The notes under the pieces were generated by a model. The model was not told where the DNA came from. It made no database searches and was given only the letters and a program-made list of their open reading frames with translations. From an uncultured candidate division Zixibacteria bacterium (GTDB lineage: Bacteria; Zixibacteria; MSB-5A5; GN15; PGXB01): 64,000 bases of DNA. Positions 19,885-29,541 of the stretch are shown one piece after another. The stretch's first letter is position 1. The number at the start of each line of letters is the position of its first letter. A program made the translations under genes and the position numbers. The stretch spans positions 3,840,001-3,904,000 of the forward strand of contig OY969724.1 of NCBI GenBank assembly GCA_963702205.1. The letters run 5' to 3'.

Positions 19885-22601
19885 CGGTTCGTGATTTCCT
19901 GTCCAAGGGTCTGATCGGGGGCCGTGATGAATTCGACTTGGCCAGGTCCTGCCATCGTGTCATTCTGGATGAATCACGGCGCTCTCTGAAAAAAGCCCTG
20001 GCTCTGGCCCGCAGGTTTTCCACAAGGACGCAGAAGCTGAAAGGCCCCCTGCGTCTTACTTCGGTTCGTTGTCTGGCCCGAGTCTCCCATATGAGTGGCC
20101 GCCATGCCGAAGCACTCAAAGCATATCTCGAAGCCCGCAGGCTGCTCAAGGGCGATCCGATGACCACAGCCGCTATCGACCGGGCGCTTATCGATGTATA
20201 TATGTATCTGGGTGATTTTGCCCTATCCCGAAAAGCCGCCCGCTCGGCTCTAAAAACGTTCGAGCGTGAAAAAGCCTGGGACGACAAAGCCCGGACCGAG
20301 GTCAATTACGCCAATCTGCTGCACCGTCAGGACCGCCATATCGAAGCGGAAAAGCTGTACCGCGCGGCGGGAGAATTTTTCGAAAAAGAGAATAACGAGC
20401 TGGCGGCGGCCCGGTGTCATTACAATCGCGCCAATACGCTGGTCCAGCTGTTCGAGCTGGATACCGCCGAAAAGTTATATGACAGCGCCGAAAAGATTTA
20501 CAAAAAAGCCGGATACACCCTGGACGCCTGCGATGCCCGTTATGGCCTGGCCTGGCTTCGGATGCTGACCGGGAATTTCCATCAGGCTTTTCTGGAACTG
20601 GCCGAATGCGAAAAAATCTATAAGGAAGGCGGCGATCCCCGGGGGGAGTCGCTTTGCATTCTCGACCGGGCCGAAGTCACTCTCGGGCTGGGATTGTATA
20701 AAGACGCCCACGGCACTGCCGCCACCGCCGGGAAAAAATTCACCCGTCTCGGTCTGCCCTATGAACAAGCCAAAGCGGCTTTGTTTCGCGGTCAGGCGGC
20801 GGCCGCGCTGGGAAAAGCCCGCGATGCCGAACAGTCCGCCGACCGCGCGCGACAGATTTTCGAAAATGAGAAAAACAACGGATTTTTGGGGGTCGTGCAC
20901 TTACTCGACGCCGACATAAAGGGCCTTCAAAATAAAGATAAAGCGGCTGATTTAAAATTCGCCCGCAAATACTTCTCCCGAGCGCAGCTTCCACTCTGGG
21001 AAGCAGTTTGTAACCTCCGGGAAGCCGCCGATAGCAGGCACTCCGACCATGCACTGAAAAATCTGGCCAAAAACAAAGCAGCTCATAATGTTCCGTATAT
21101 ATATACCTGCTGGCAGATTTCTCTGGGTGACCGGGCCTTCCGGCGAGGACGTACGGCTCAGGCCAGACGGTTCTGGCAAAATGCCGCCAACCGTCTCGAT
21201 TCGATAAAGGCCAAGCTCCCGCCCCCGGAACTGCGCGACGCCTATGGCGGCCGCCACGGTTCTCCCCATTTAAAACTCATCGCGACCGAACTCGACCACG
21301 ACCCGGCTATCGCGGCGGTCTGGTCGGAACGGTATCGTACCGCCGGGGTTTGGGCCCCGCTTGTACGAAACTCGATTAACGATAAACGCAGGGAGCGCGT
21401 GTATGGCCGTTTGGATGAACTGGCCAGCCAGGTGGGGGCTCTGGCCCGCCAGATCGGAGGCGCGGAAAGCCAGCGCGGTCTTTCGGGACCGGTTAAAAAG
21501 CAGGCACTGGGCAAATTGCAGCGGCAAATCCGCGACGACCTTCTAATTCTCGAATCCGGCTCCAAAGCCAGCTGGGCGTCGAAAGAATTTTTGAAAAATC
21601 AATTCAGAGCCATATCACAAAAGCATCCCATAGTGCAGTTTCACCTGCACGACAATGATATCATCGCATTCGTGCACAATCGCGGCGAAACCCGTTTGAA
21701 ACAAATAAAAGGCGGACGTGCACGGCTCGTGCAGGCCCTTGGTCGCTGGCGGTTTATGATCGAGGGCGAGATTTTATCGGGCTACCTTGCGAAAAGAACG
21801 AAATCCGATTCCGAAAGTCGGCTCTGGGCGGAACTGGGTGACTGGCTCTGGAAACCGCTCGATATAGATAAATCGCTGAAAGATATTTTAATCATCCCCG
21901 AAGGTGAGTTGACTCATCTGCCGTGGACGGCCATGACGATAGATAATGAATCTCTGCTCGACCGGCACAATATTATAATCTCGCCCAGTATTCGCCACTA
22001 TCTGGCCGCCCGCAGGCACAATGCCGGTTCAAAGCGGGTGGAAATATTTAAAGGTGCGACTGAGAATCTTAATCAAGCCGACAGAGAGATAAAATTTCTG
22101 GCCGGGTTGGCTAAAGATCGAGCGGTAATTCACAATTCCTGCGGTCGGGCCGACTGGCCAGACGATGAAAACGCCGCCATCTGGCACTATACCGGGCATG
22201 CGGAATTTTACGCCGAAAATCCATTTTATTCATATCTCTTATTGAACGATGGGCCCCTGTTTGCCGCCGACTTTCGATTTAAGCAGTGTACGGTTGACCT
22301 GGTCGTGCTGGCCGCGTGCCGTTCGGGGGAACAGATGGCTCTTCCCGGTGACGAAACCACCGGTTTGGTCAGATCGCTCATAGAGATGGGTGCCAGAAAC
22401 GTGGTCGCGGCCAACTGGCCGGTAGCCGATGAAGCCACTGCTTTGTGGGCCTGCGCCTTCTACGAGAAGTACTTTAAACATTACAATATTCCCGACTCTT
22501 ACCGATATGCATCGTATAAGGTCCGGGAGAGCTATAAATCCGCCTATTACTGGGCTTCGTTTACTATCTACGGGGCGGGTGGCATGGGAGGCAAAAGATG
22601 A
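19860..22601 (+). CDS. TPR-repeat + CHAT (caspase-superfamily) protease
   Basis: Long TPR-like helical region; CHAT motifs ILIIPEGELTHLPW, WHYTGHA (His), LVVLAACRSG (Cys), NWPVAD and YYWASF. Confidence 0.92.
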   Translation: MEKTSEEIAVRDFLSKGLIGGRDEFDLARSCHRVILDESRRSLKKALALARRFSTRTQKLKGPLRLTSVRCLARVSHMSGRHAEALKAYLEARRLLKGDPMTTAAIDRALIDVYMYLGDFALSRKAARSALKTFEREKAWDDKARTEVNYANLLHRQDRHIEAEKLYRAAGEFFEKENNELAAARCHYNRANTLVQLFELDTAEKLYDSAEKIYKKAGYTLDACDARYGLAWLRMLTGNFHQAFLELAECEKIYKEGGDPRGESLCILDRAEVTLGLGLYKDAHGTAATAGKKFTRLGLPYEQAKAALFRGQAAAALGKARDAEQSADRARQIFENEKNNGFLGVVHLLDADIKGLQNKDKAADLKFARKYFSRAQLPLWEAVCNLREAADSRHSDHALKNLAKNKAAHNVPYIYTCWQISLGDRAFRRGRTAQARRFWQNAANRLDSIKAKLPPPELRDAYGGRHGSPHLKLIATELDHDPAIAAVWSERYRTAGVWAPLVRNSINDKRRERVYGRLDELASQVGALARQIGGAESQRGLSGPVKKQALGKLQRQIRDDLLILESGSKASWASKEFLKNQFRAISQKHPIVQFHLHDNDIIAFVHNRGETRLKQIKGGRARLVQALGRWRFMIEGEILSGYLAKRTKSDSESRLWAELGDWLWKPLDIDKSLKDILIIPEGELTHLPWTAMTIDNESLLDRHNIIISPSIRHYLAARRHNAGSKRVEIFKGATENLNQADREIKFLAGLAKDRAVIHNSCGRADWPDDENAAIWHYTGHAEFYAENPFYSYLLLNDGPLFAADFRFKQCTVDLVVLAACRSGEQMALPGDETTGLVRSLIEMGARNVVAANWPVADEATALWACAFYEKYFKHYNIPDSYRYASYKVRESYKSAYYWASFTIYGAGGMGGKR

Positions 22602-23980
22602 AATCAAAATATGGCTTTATTAGGAAGATGCCAGTGTCGACGATATTGTTCATAATAATCTGTTCAGCCTCGCTCGCCCACGGTAATGCGGGCTTCAGGC
22701 CCGGAGAACTTACCTGCAAGATGATGCCGGGATACGGCATCGGAATCGTCGTTGCTGCCTACGGCACCACAGTCAAGGGGCACCAGCCTCAAACCGATTG
22801 TTACCTTCTGGTCGCCCCGCCGGGTCAGGACGTCGAGAGTCTGGCGGTTGTTATTAATGCCAGACCCGACGTCGACTACTGCGCCGTCAACCATATTTTG
22901 TCTGCCCCCGAACCGTTTCAGCGCAGCCAGCCGTTTCTGGACGTGGAATGTATCGGCGATATATATACTCAAGTATCCGCCACGACATTGGACTTAACCG
23001 ATGCGCATCTGCTGTCGACCGGCACCAGCGTCCGGGTGGCCGTAATTGACGGCGGTGTAAATTTCGATCATCCGCTATTGGATACCATGCCCGGAGCAGT
23101 GGTTTCGGGCTGGGATTACGTTGACAATGACGACTACGCATTCGACGACAGCAGCGGCGTCTGTTGGGGACACGGGACATTCGTGGCCGGCGTCCTCCGC
23201 ATGACCGCACCCGGAGCCGATATTTATTCATACCGGGTTTTAGATACAGCCGGATTGGGCGATGCCTATTATATCGCCGAAGCTATAATGCAGGCGATAG
23301 ACGACAGCTGTCGGGTGATCAATTTAAGCATGGGGATGTCGGGTGTGGATCCGGCGCTCGATGACGCTCTTCGCCTGGCCGACCGCAGCAATGTATTGAT
23401 AATCGCCGCCGCGGGCAACGATTCCACCGATCTGAGCTCGGTGTTTCCGTACCCCGCCTCGCGGTACAATTGTATGGCCGTCGCAGCTTTGGATTCGACC
23501 AATCTTAAGGCCGATTTCTCGAACTACGGTGAAAAAGTCGACATTTCCGCCCCCGGCACACAAATCTATGCGGCGTACCCGGATACAACGTACGCCTGGT
23601 GGGACGGGACCAGTTTTGCATCGCCGTTTCTGGCGGGTGCAGCCGCTTTGATGATTTCGCTCGATCCGACCCTGACGCGCGATGATATTTTCAATATAAT
23701 TCAGCAGACGGCGGTCAGCGTCGATGATATCAATCCCGATTATGCCGGGCTGTTGGGTGCCGGGTTGGTCGACGTGCCTGCGGCTCTTAATGTCGTTGCG
23801 TCCATAATTCATGGCGATGCCAACGGCGACGGGAACGTCGATCTCATGGATATATTGTATATAATCGATTTTCTATACGATGACGGCCCGCCGCCGGAGC
23901 TTTTGAATTCGGCCGAAATGAACGGCGACGGCACCATAAACCTGCTGGACATCCTGATTCTGATCAAGAACCTGTATTAG
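22598..23980 (+). CDS. Exported S8 (subtilisin-family) serine peptidase with C-terminal dockerin-like domain
   Basis: Signal peptide; VAVIDGG (Asp), HGTFVAG (His), AAGN and GTSFASP (Ser); ATGA overlap with the CHAT stop. Confidence 0.93.
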   Translation: MKSKYGFIRKMPVSTILFIIICSASLAHGNAGFRPGELTCKMMPGYGIGIVVAAYGTTVKGHQPQTDCYLLVAPPGQDVESLAVVINARPDVDYCAVNHILSAPEPFQRSQPFLDVECIGDIYTQVSATTLDLTDAHLLSTGTSVRVAVIDGGVNFDHPLLDTMPGAVVSGWDYVDNDDYAFDDSSGVCWGHGTFVAGVLRMTAPGADIYSYRVLDTAGLGDAYYIAEAIMQAIDDSCRVINLSMGMSGVDPALDDALRLADRSNVLIIAAAGNDSTDLSSVFPYPASRYNCMAVAALDSTNLKADFSNYGEKVDISAPGTQIYAAYPDTTYAWWDGTSFASPFLAGAAALMISLDPTLTRDDIFNIIQQTAVSVDDINPDYAGLLGAGLVDVPAALNVVASIIHGDANGDGNVDLMDILYIIDFLYDDGPPPELLNSAEMNGDGTINLLDILILIKNLY

Positions 23981-24070
23981 GCAATATTTAAGGCTATAAG
24001 CAAACTTCAGCCGTCAGTCGACCGTAACAAAGGCCTGTCCCGAATAATTCCAAAAAAGTGAATTTTTCTT

Positions 24071-24098
24071 GAACGAATCGAACGGGGTCGCTCTCTGT
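24071..24098 (+). promoter_or_regulatory. Putative ECF promoter P2, GAACGA-N16-CTCTGT
   Basis: GAACGA ATCGAACGGGGTCGCT CTCTGT. Confidence 0.7.
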
Positions 24099-24104
24099 TG
24101 GACG

Positions 24105-24273
24105 AGCTTATGGATGCATGCCCCGAACGGGACAATCTGATATCTACTGCGATCAAGATATCGAGGTACTGTTTGCACACTGCAGACTGCGGGGGTCGGC
24201 ATCTATAAATCAGTACCGGTACGCATACCTCTTGTAAGGCCGCTGGTTCAGCATCCCGGCGGCCATTTTATTT
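24105..24273 (+). ncRNA. Candidate ~170-nt structured small RNA (or small-peptide mRNA)
   Basis: Bounded by P2 and a terminator. Closing stem 24108-24117/24199-24208 encloses hairpins 24139-24162 and 24171-24187. No known family recognised. Confidence 0.45.
24238..24273 (+). terminator. Rho-independent terminator
   Basis: GGCCGCTGG/CCGGCGGCC stem (one G-U pair) followed by ATTTTATTT. Confidence 0.65.
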
Positions 24274-24326
24274 CCCCCTCAATCGGTTTTCTCAACTCAT
24301 TTTATCCACTTTTCCGGCCAATAAAT

Positions 24327-24354
24327 GAACGATTCCGGCGGGGAGTATCTCTGT
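24327..24354 (+). promoter_or_regulatory. Putative ECF promoter P3, GAACGA-N16-CTCTGT
   Basis: GAACGA TTCCGGCGGGGAGTAT CTCTGT, 55 nt before the lipoprotein ATG at 24410. Confidence 0.7.
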
Positions 24355-24409
24355 ATTTAAGAAGTAAGGAAAAGCACTGTAACCCAAAACCATGGCATGG
24401 AGGAAAAAA

Positions 24410-25366
24410 ATGCACAAAAAATGGGGTTTATGGACAGTAATGATGCTGATTGGTCTGGCGGCTTTCATGGTTGGATGCTCCGATGATTCGCCGCTGTCAT
24501 CTCAGGGCAATTCGCCTGTTTTGCAGGCCGCCGGTGAACCGGTCCAGTTCGCCGCCGAGGTGAAAACTGTCAATGAGAACCAAATGATGCTGACTTTCGA
24601 GGGTCGTCCCGATACAGCCGTGGCATCGCACAACTGTCTCATCGTGCGTCTTAAAAACACGATGGAAGCCCCGGTGCCTTTCAGCAATGTCGGACCCGGC
24701 GACTCGGTCACGGTTTACGGAGTTCAGCAGCAGAACGGTGTCATTCTCGCCAACCGAATCCAGCTCTGGCAAAGGCTGTACGATGGATATGACTTGGCTT
24801 TCCGCGATACAATCTCGACCATCGACTATACGACCGGTTCGTTTACCGTAAACGGTTACTCGCAGACGATTATTACGGATACTAATACATTTATCTGGGG
24901 TACCGAAACCCACAACCAGATATCCAATCAATACAGTGTGCAGACCAGATCAAGCACGACTACGGCTCAGGGTGATCCCGGATTCGGTACCGGCGAAGCT
25001 CATAACGTGCTCGTCGCGATCGATTTCACGGACCTCGCCGTCGGTGACATACTCGAAGTCAAAGCGTTTATAGTGAACGAAGACACACTTCTGGCCGCGG
25101 TCATTAAGGTCGCCAACGCATCGCACGCGGTCTGCAATGTGTTCGATGCTTATATCGCGACCATAGATTACGATACCCGAACGGTAACGTTCCACGGCTA
25201 CGGATGGACGGGATACGTCTGCCCGAAAGCCCGTTTGACCGGCCTTGACGGAGAAGTATTGACTTTGGAAGATTTCGCCGCAGGAGATTATGTTTCGGTG
25301 AAGGGCTATCCCACCGAAGATCCGAATGTCCTCAAGATCTGCAAAATGGAAATGATCGAGCCGTAA
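24410..25366 (+). CDS. Lipoprotein with three DUF5666-like (OB-fold) repeats
   Basis: GGAGG RBS; lipobox MVGC; repeats FSNVGPGDSVTVYG, FTDLAVGDILEVKA and LEDFAAGDYVSVKG. Confidence 0.8.
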   Translation: MHKKWGLWTVMMLIGLAAFMVGCSDDSPLSSQGNSPVLQAAGEPVQFAAEVKTVNENQMMLTFEGRPDTAVASHNCLIVRLKNTMEAPVPFSNVGPGDSVTVYGVQQQNGVILANRIQLWQRLYDGYDLAFRDTISTIDYTTGSFTVNGYSQTIITDTNTFIWGTETHNQISNQYSVQTRSSTTTAQGDPGFGTGEAHNVLVAIDFTDLAVGDILEVKAFIVNEDTLLAAVIKVANASHAVCNVFDAYIATIDYDTRTVTFHGYGWTGYVCPKARLTGLDGEVLTLEDFAAGDYVSVKGYPTEDPNVLKICKMEMIEP

Positions 25367-25434
25367 TACATATCTCGCAGGTAACGCGTAACTGAAATCG
25401 GGAGAGAAATCCTGATAGCGAACGGCTTGATCTT

Positions 25435-25469
25435 ATGGGTGAGGATTCAAAAATCCTCGCCCATTTTTT
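25435..25469 (+). terminator. Rho-independent terminator
   Basis: ATGGGTGAGGATT-CAAA-AATCCTCGCCCAT followed by a T-run. Confidence 0.8.
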
Positions 25470-25640
25470 AATTCATATGACTTAGAATCCAAATGGGACA
25501 TAATTTGCGGTCTTAAAAATTTGCCCCGATAGAGCATTATTCATGCGATTTTGAAAAAACCGGCACCGGTCGCGATAGTTCTATTCCCAACTCATTTAAA
25601 AAATGTTACTTTCGCCGATAACATTACATAAGCTAACATT

Positions 25641-26918
25641 TTGCCAAACGGTGTACATCGATTGCCACAGCTTTTTCAAAATTCCGTAAAATCAGTCAAT
25701 ACCCAGCAGATTCGCGGCGCAGTTTCGGATTCGCTGCGGATTATCGCCTTCACCGAGTTGGCCGACCTTGAATCGCACGCCACGGCCTGGAATGATCTAG
25801 CCTTTCAGTCAGCCCGACCGATGTTATCTCACGCCTGGATTGCCTCATTTTTTGAATATCAACTCGAAAAAGACCAAAGCTGGGTCTGCCTTCTGGCCTG
25901 TCGGGATTCGGAACTGGTCGGCGTTTTACCATTGGTGGGCACTGCCAGGACAGTGATGGGCCGAGATCACATCAGGCTCCAGACCCCTTTTAACTGGCAT
26001 ACACCATGCGTGGATTTTTTAATAAAACCGGGATTGGAAAAGGAGGTTATCCTCAGATTTCTGGCAACCATAAAGGAATTTACACCCAGCCTTTATCGCT
26101 TCAGAATAAGACGCCTTCGCGCCAATGCTTCAGTCCTGGCTATAGCCAAAAATGGATTGTCCGGTTTTATGTCAGGGCGTCGTTTTAGCGGTAATGGTTC
26201 GTATATCGAGGTCAATGGATCTTTCGAAGAATACCGGGCGCACCTGCCTCACGGATTCGCCCGCAACCTGAACCGCCTCGAACGTAAGCTGACCAGGCTG
26301 GGCGGTATACAGGTCGATTTTATTTCGGAAAACGCGGACAACCCCGAGTACCTAAGGGCCTTCCTGGAGATAGAAGAATCATGCTGGAAAGGCCGCAACG
26401 GTTCGGCGATACGTCAGTGCCAGTCACAGATGGAATTTTATACTGCCCTGACCCGCCGACTGGCCCATCTGGGCTGGCTGGAATGGTATTTCCTGAAAGC
26501 CGCCGGAAAAACCATCGCCGCCAATCTTGCCATCCGTGTCAATCATAGGCTGGTGGTTTTGAAAATAGGGTACGACGAGGCATTTTCATCGTATTCGCCG
26601 GGAAGCAAGCTTTTCGAGAAGATGATAAAACACGCCTTCGAATGCCATGAGATCAGTGAGATCGACTGCCTGAGTGAATATCCCTGGAACCGCAACTGGC
26701 AGATGAACATTAGGCCGTACTACGATTTGTCAATATATCCGGCTCGACTGACCAGCCTGCTTTTCGGCTGCATACCGGAACGAATTTACAATTTCGTCTG
26801 CCATCTGTCGTCCCTGAATTATCCCTGTCATATTTGCAACAGGATGATCAACCGCTTTCGGACCAAACCCGATCCCATAAACAAAACCTGTTGTTTGAAT
26901 AAAAAAACAAAATCCTGA
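25641..26918 (+). CDS. GNAT acetyltransferase (CelD/BcsL-like)
   Basis: AWNDL..SHAWI, RNLNRLERKL, IEESCWKG and KIGYDEAFSSYSPGSKL motifs; true start probably downstream. Confidence 0.8.
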   Translation: MPNGVHRLPQLFQNSVKSVNTQQIRGAVSDSLRIIAFTELADLESHATAWNDLAFQSARPMLSHAWIASFFEYQLEKDQSWVCLLACRDSELVGVLPLVGTARTVMGRDHIRLQTPFNWHTPCVDFLIKPGLEKEVILRFLATIKEFTPSLYRFRIRRLRANASVLAIAKNGLSGFMSGRRFSGNGSYIEVNGSFEEYRAHLPHGFARNLNRLERKLTRLGGIQVDFISENADNPEYLRAFLEIEESCWKGRNGSAIRQCQSQMEFYTALTRRLAHLGWLEWYFLKAAGKTIAANLAIRVNHRLVVLKIGYDEAFSSYSPGSKLFEKMIKHAFECHEISEIDCLSEYPWNRNWQMNIRPYYDLSIYPARLTSLLFGCIPERIYNFVCHLSSLNYPCHICNRMINRFRTKPDPINKTCCLNKKTKS

Positions 26919-26950
26919 AACTACCGCAGCCGATCCAAATTCCCAAAACA

Positions 26951-27937
26951 TCAGGTCTTTTTTTCCGGGGGTAACTTTATTGCCAAAGCTATAAAGGCCG
27001 ATATTAGTTCAACTACCGTGTTCCACAGCCGGGTAGCGACCGCAACGCCGACCGCGATTTCGCCGATGTACGGCTTAAGCATCACCCACAGTGCGAACTC
27101 CCGGACGCCGATACCACTCGGCGTAAAGATGGCAATAAAACCGATTTGATAGGCGAAGACATATATACCTATCGTCCCCGCAAGCGGGCTGTGAGGGTTT
27201 GCCAGTATCGAGTTTAAGAAGAGCCAGAAAGAAAAACCGTAAAAGGCCCAGCTTAGAAAATAGCCGAAATATATTTTAAGGGCAGTGAACGAACTGACCC
27301 TAAAATTAACCGCCGGTCTCTTGATAAGCTTCAGAAAAAAATTCAAAAGCGCCAGTGTCCTGGACGGCAGGAATATCAGCAGGAAAGACCCGATCAGAGT
27401 AATGCCGAAAAAGACATAGGCCGTAATCCCGATCTCGGCGCTGATTTTGTCCGACAGAATTTCCGGATAAATTATCACCGTTATGAAACTGATTAAAAAG
27501 GCCGTCGGCAGCGAAAAGATGATCGCTATAACCCAGGAGGCAACCGATTCCTCTTCCTTGATATCGAGCCGCCGCGCCAGATAAGCCATGCCGAAAATAG
27601 TCCAGAACTTCCCGGGCAGGTAGCGTCCAAGATTGCTGATGTAGGCCAGTTTGAACCCGTGCTTTAAGGAAACGTCGTACCCGAATCCGGAAATTATCAT
27701 ACACCAGACATTGGAAAACATGAGGAAAGTCAGTGCCTGAGCCATGATGGATAACATCAGAAGCCAGACGTTGATAGACCAGTCATAATGAATGATCTCG
27801 TGCCAGTTGCGGCCGATCTGCTTGAAAACGACAAACAACACGATTGCCAGCAGCGTGAATTTTATCAGGCTTTTGACAGACTTGGGAATCCGGCCTATCG
27901 CCTTTAATTTGTTGGCCAGCGTGCTGCTTTCCGTCAT
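26951..27937 (-). CDS. Lysylphosphatidylglycerol-synthase TM-domain (flippase-like) membrane protein
   Basis: SNLGRYLPGKFW and PSGIGVRE motifs; about 8 TM helices. Confidence 0.85.
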   Translation of the reverse strand: MTESSTLANKLKAIGRIPKSVKSLIKFTLLAIVLFVVFKQIGRNWHEIIHYDWSINVWLLMLSIMAQALTFLMFSNVWCMIISGFGYDVSLKHGFKLAYISNLGRYLPGKFWTIFGMAYLARRLDIKEEESVASWVIAIIFSLPTAFLISFITVIIYPEILSDKISAEIGITAYVFFGITLIGSFLLIFLPSRTLALLNFFLKLIKRPAVNFRVSSFTALKIYFGYFLSWAFYGFSFWLFLNSILANPHSPLAGTIGIYVFAYQIGFIAIFTPSGIGVREFALWVMLKPYIGEIAVGVAVATRLWNTVVELISAFIALAIKLPPEKKT

Positions 27938-28137
27938 GGTTGTCTCTCTGACATCCTGCAAAGATACTCTAAAAATTCCGAAACTCAACAGTCAAAAAGT
28001 GAAGACCGTGAAATTTTTGTCATAAGACCGCTCCAATCCGCCGTCAATAACGGAGAGTGATTTCTCTTGACAAAGCACCCTGTTTAAAGTGACTATAAGA
28101 ATTATGAAATTATGTCCCTCACCTCTGAGACAATCTT

Positions 28138-29130
28138 ATGATGAGCGTTAAAATAGTACCCTATCAGGATAGCTTCAAAAGTGGCTTGATGACCTTCATG
28201 GCCAAACACAGTCCCGACCATCCTGAGCTATATGATGAAAGACTTTTCGACTGGCAGCGCTGTCAGAGATATCTGGCCCTGTTCAAGGATAATATTGTCG
28301 GACACATTGCCCATATACCCCAGAAGTTTAAGAATGTGGAGACTGAATTCGTCCTCGGCTGGGCGGCCACGCTCGTCCTGGATATGTCAAACCCGCTGAT
28401 TCGGGTCTTCGCCGGGACCAATCTGCTCGACAAAACCGGAGACACCGACCAATCGCTTTTCGGGGCGGTCGGGGTTGTCCCGGAAATCGAGGAGACTCAC
28501 CGTCGAAGGGGTTATATCGTAAACAGGGATACGTGCAATATGTACGCCCGCTTTTTTGATCCATCCCGGGCTCTCGCCTATTTTAACCGCCCCGCGTACC
28601 TGGGGGCTGCAATACTGGCCGCGAATCTGCTTTTCGCCGCCGCCAGAAAACCCGGCGATGAAAATCTTGTCGAAATATCATCTTTTAATCCATCTCACGA
28701 CAATATCTGGGAAAAACATCTGGCGTCGCGCTACGATATTTATGGGGTCCGAAGCGCCGAATTTCTCAATTACCGTCTCGGTCAGCCCGGCAAGGATTAT
28801 CAGGTTTATATACACCGTGAAGGCCCTGAAATCGCTGGATATATTATTTTCAGAATGGCTGAAAATAAGGTTAAAAATATCCGCCTATTGAAAATATGCG
28901 ACCTGGTCGGAACGGATGCGGCGCGAAAAATATTGATAGCAAAAGCCGTTTCGGCAGCCAGAGAAAATAAAGCCGACGGGATCGTGGCCCTGGCCTCGTC
29001 GCGCGATAAGACTTTCTACCGGAGCGCCGGTTTGTGGGTTTTCAGGCCGTTCCCCGTGGTACTCTCCCCCAAAATTAGCCGCCCCATCCACGTGACATTT
29101 TTTGAATCGGACCTGGATAATCTCTGGTAG
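28138..29130 (+). CDS. GNAT-fold protein
   Basis: IVGH, RSAEFLNYR, IAGYIIFR and ICDL motifs typical of tandem-GNAT proteins in glycan loci. Confidence 0.65.
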   Translation: MMSVKIVPYQDSFKSGLMTFMAKHSPDHPELYDERLFDWQRCQRYLALFKDNIVGHIAHIPQKFKNVETEFVLGWAATLVLDMSNPLIRVFAGTNLLDKTGDTDQSLFGAVGVVPEIEETHRRRGYIVNRDTCNMYARFFDPSRALAYFNRPAYLGAAILAANLLFAAARKPGDENLVEISSFNPSHDNIWEKHLASRYDIYGVRSAEFLNYRLGQPGKDYQVYIHREGPEIAGYIIFRMAENKVKNIRLLKICDLVGTDAARKILIAKAVSAARENKADGIVALASSRDKTFYRSAGLWVFRPFPVVLSPKISRPIHVTFFESDLDNLW

Positions 29131-29240
29131 AACGGATATCAAAGGCAAAGCCGCAAAAATTGTTGGCGTTACGGCAATTTGCCATTATTTTGTGGGCACA
29201 ACCGTTGTAGATTTTGAAAACTCAATGAAGGCAGTAAAAT

Positions 29241-29540
29241 ATGGCAGCCAAAGAAAAAGTCCTGAACGCAATATCAGAAATGATAGACGCACTCAATCCC
29301 CAATTGCCCAAAGATATGCAGTTGGAAAAAACTCCCGAAACCGTCCTGTTCGGAGCCGGAGGAAAGCTCGATTCGCTCGGTCTGGTTAATTTGGTGGTGG
29401 CGCTGGAACAGAAAATCCGTGAGCAGTTCGATAGGCCCGTTTCGATAACCGATGAGCGAGCCATGTCCCAGAAAAACAGTCCGTTTCGTACGATAGACAC
29501 GCTCGCCGACTACATCACGCAGCTTCTGGAGGAACAATAA
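29241..29540 (+). CDS. Acyl carrier protein
   Basis: LDSLGLV phosphopantetheine site; 99 aa, acidic. Confidence 0.85.
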   Translation: MAAKEKVLNAISEMIDALNPQLPKDMQLEKTPETVLFGAGGKLDSLGLVNLVVALEQKIREQFDRPVSITDERAMSQKNSPFRTIDTLADYITQLLEEQ

Positions 29541-29541
29541 C

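Noticed and set aside
18726..22601. Type III-E CRISPR Craspase locus
   Set aside because: No Cas7-11, other cas genes or array in the window; only the protease/sigma logic is analogous.
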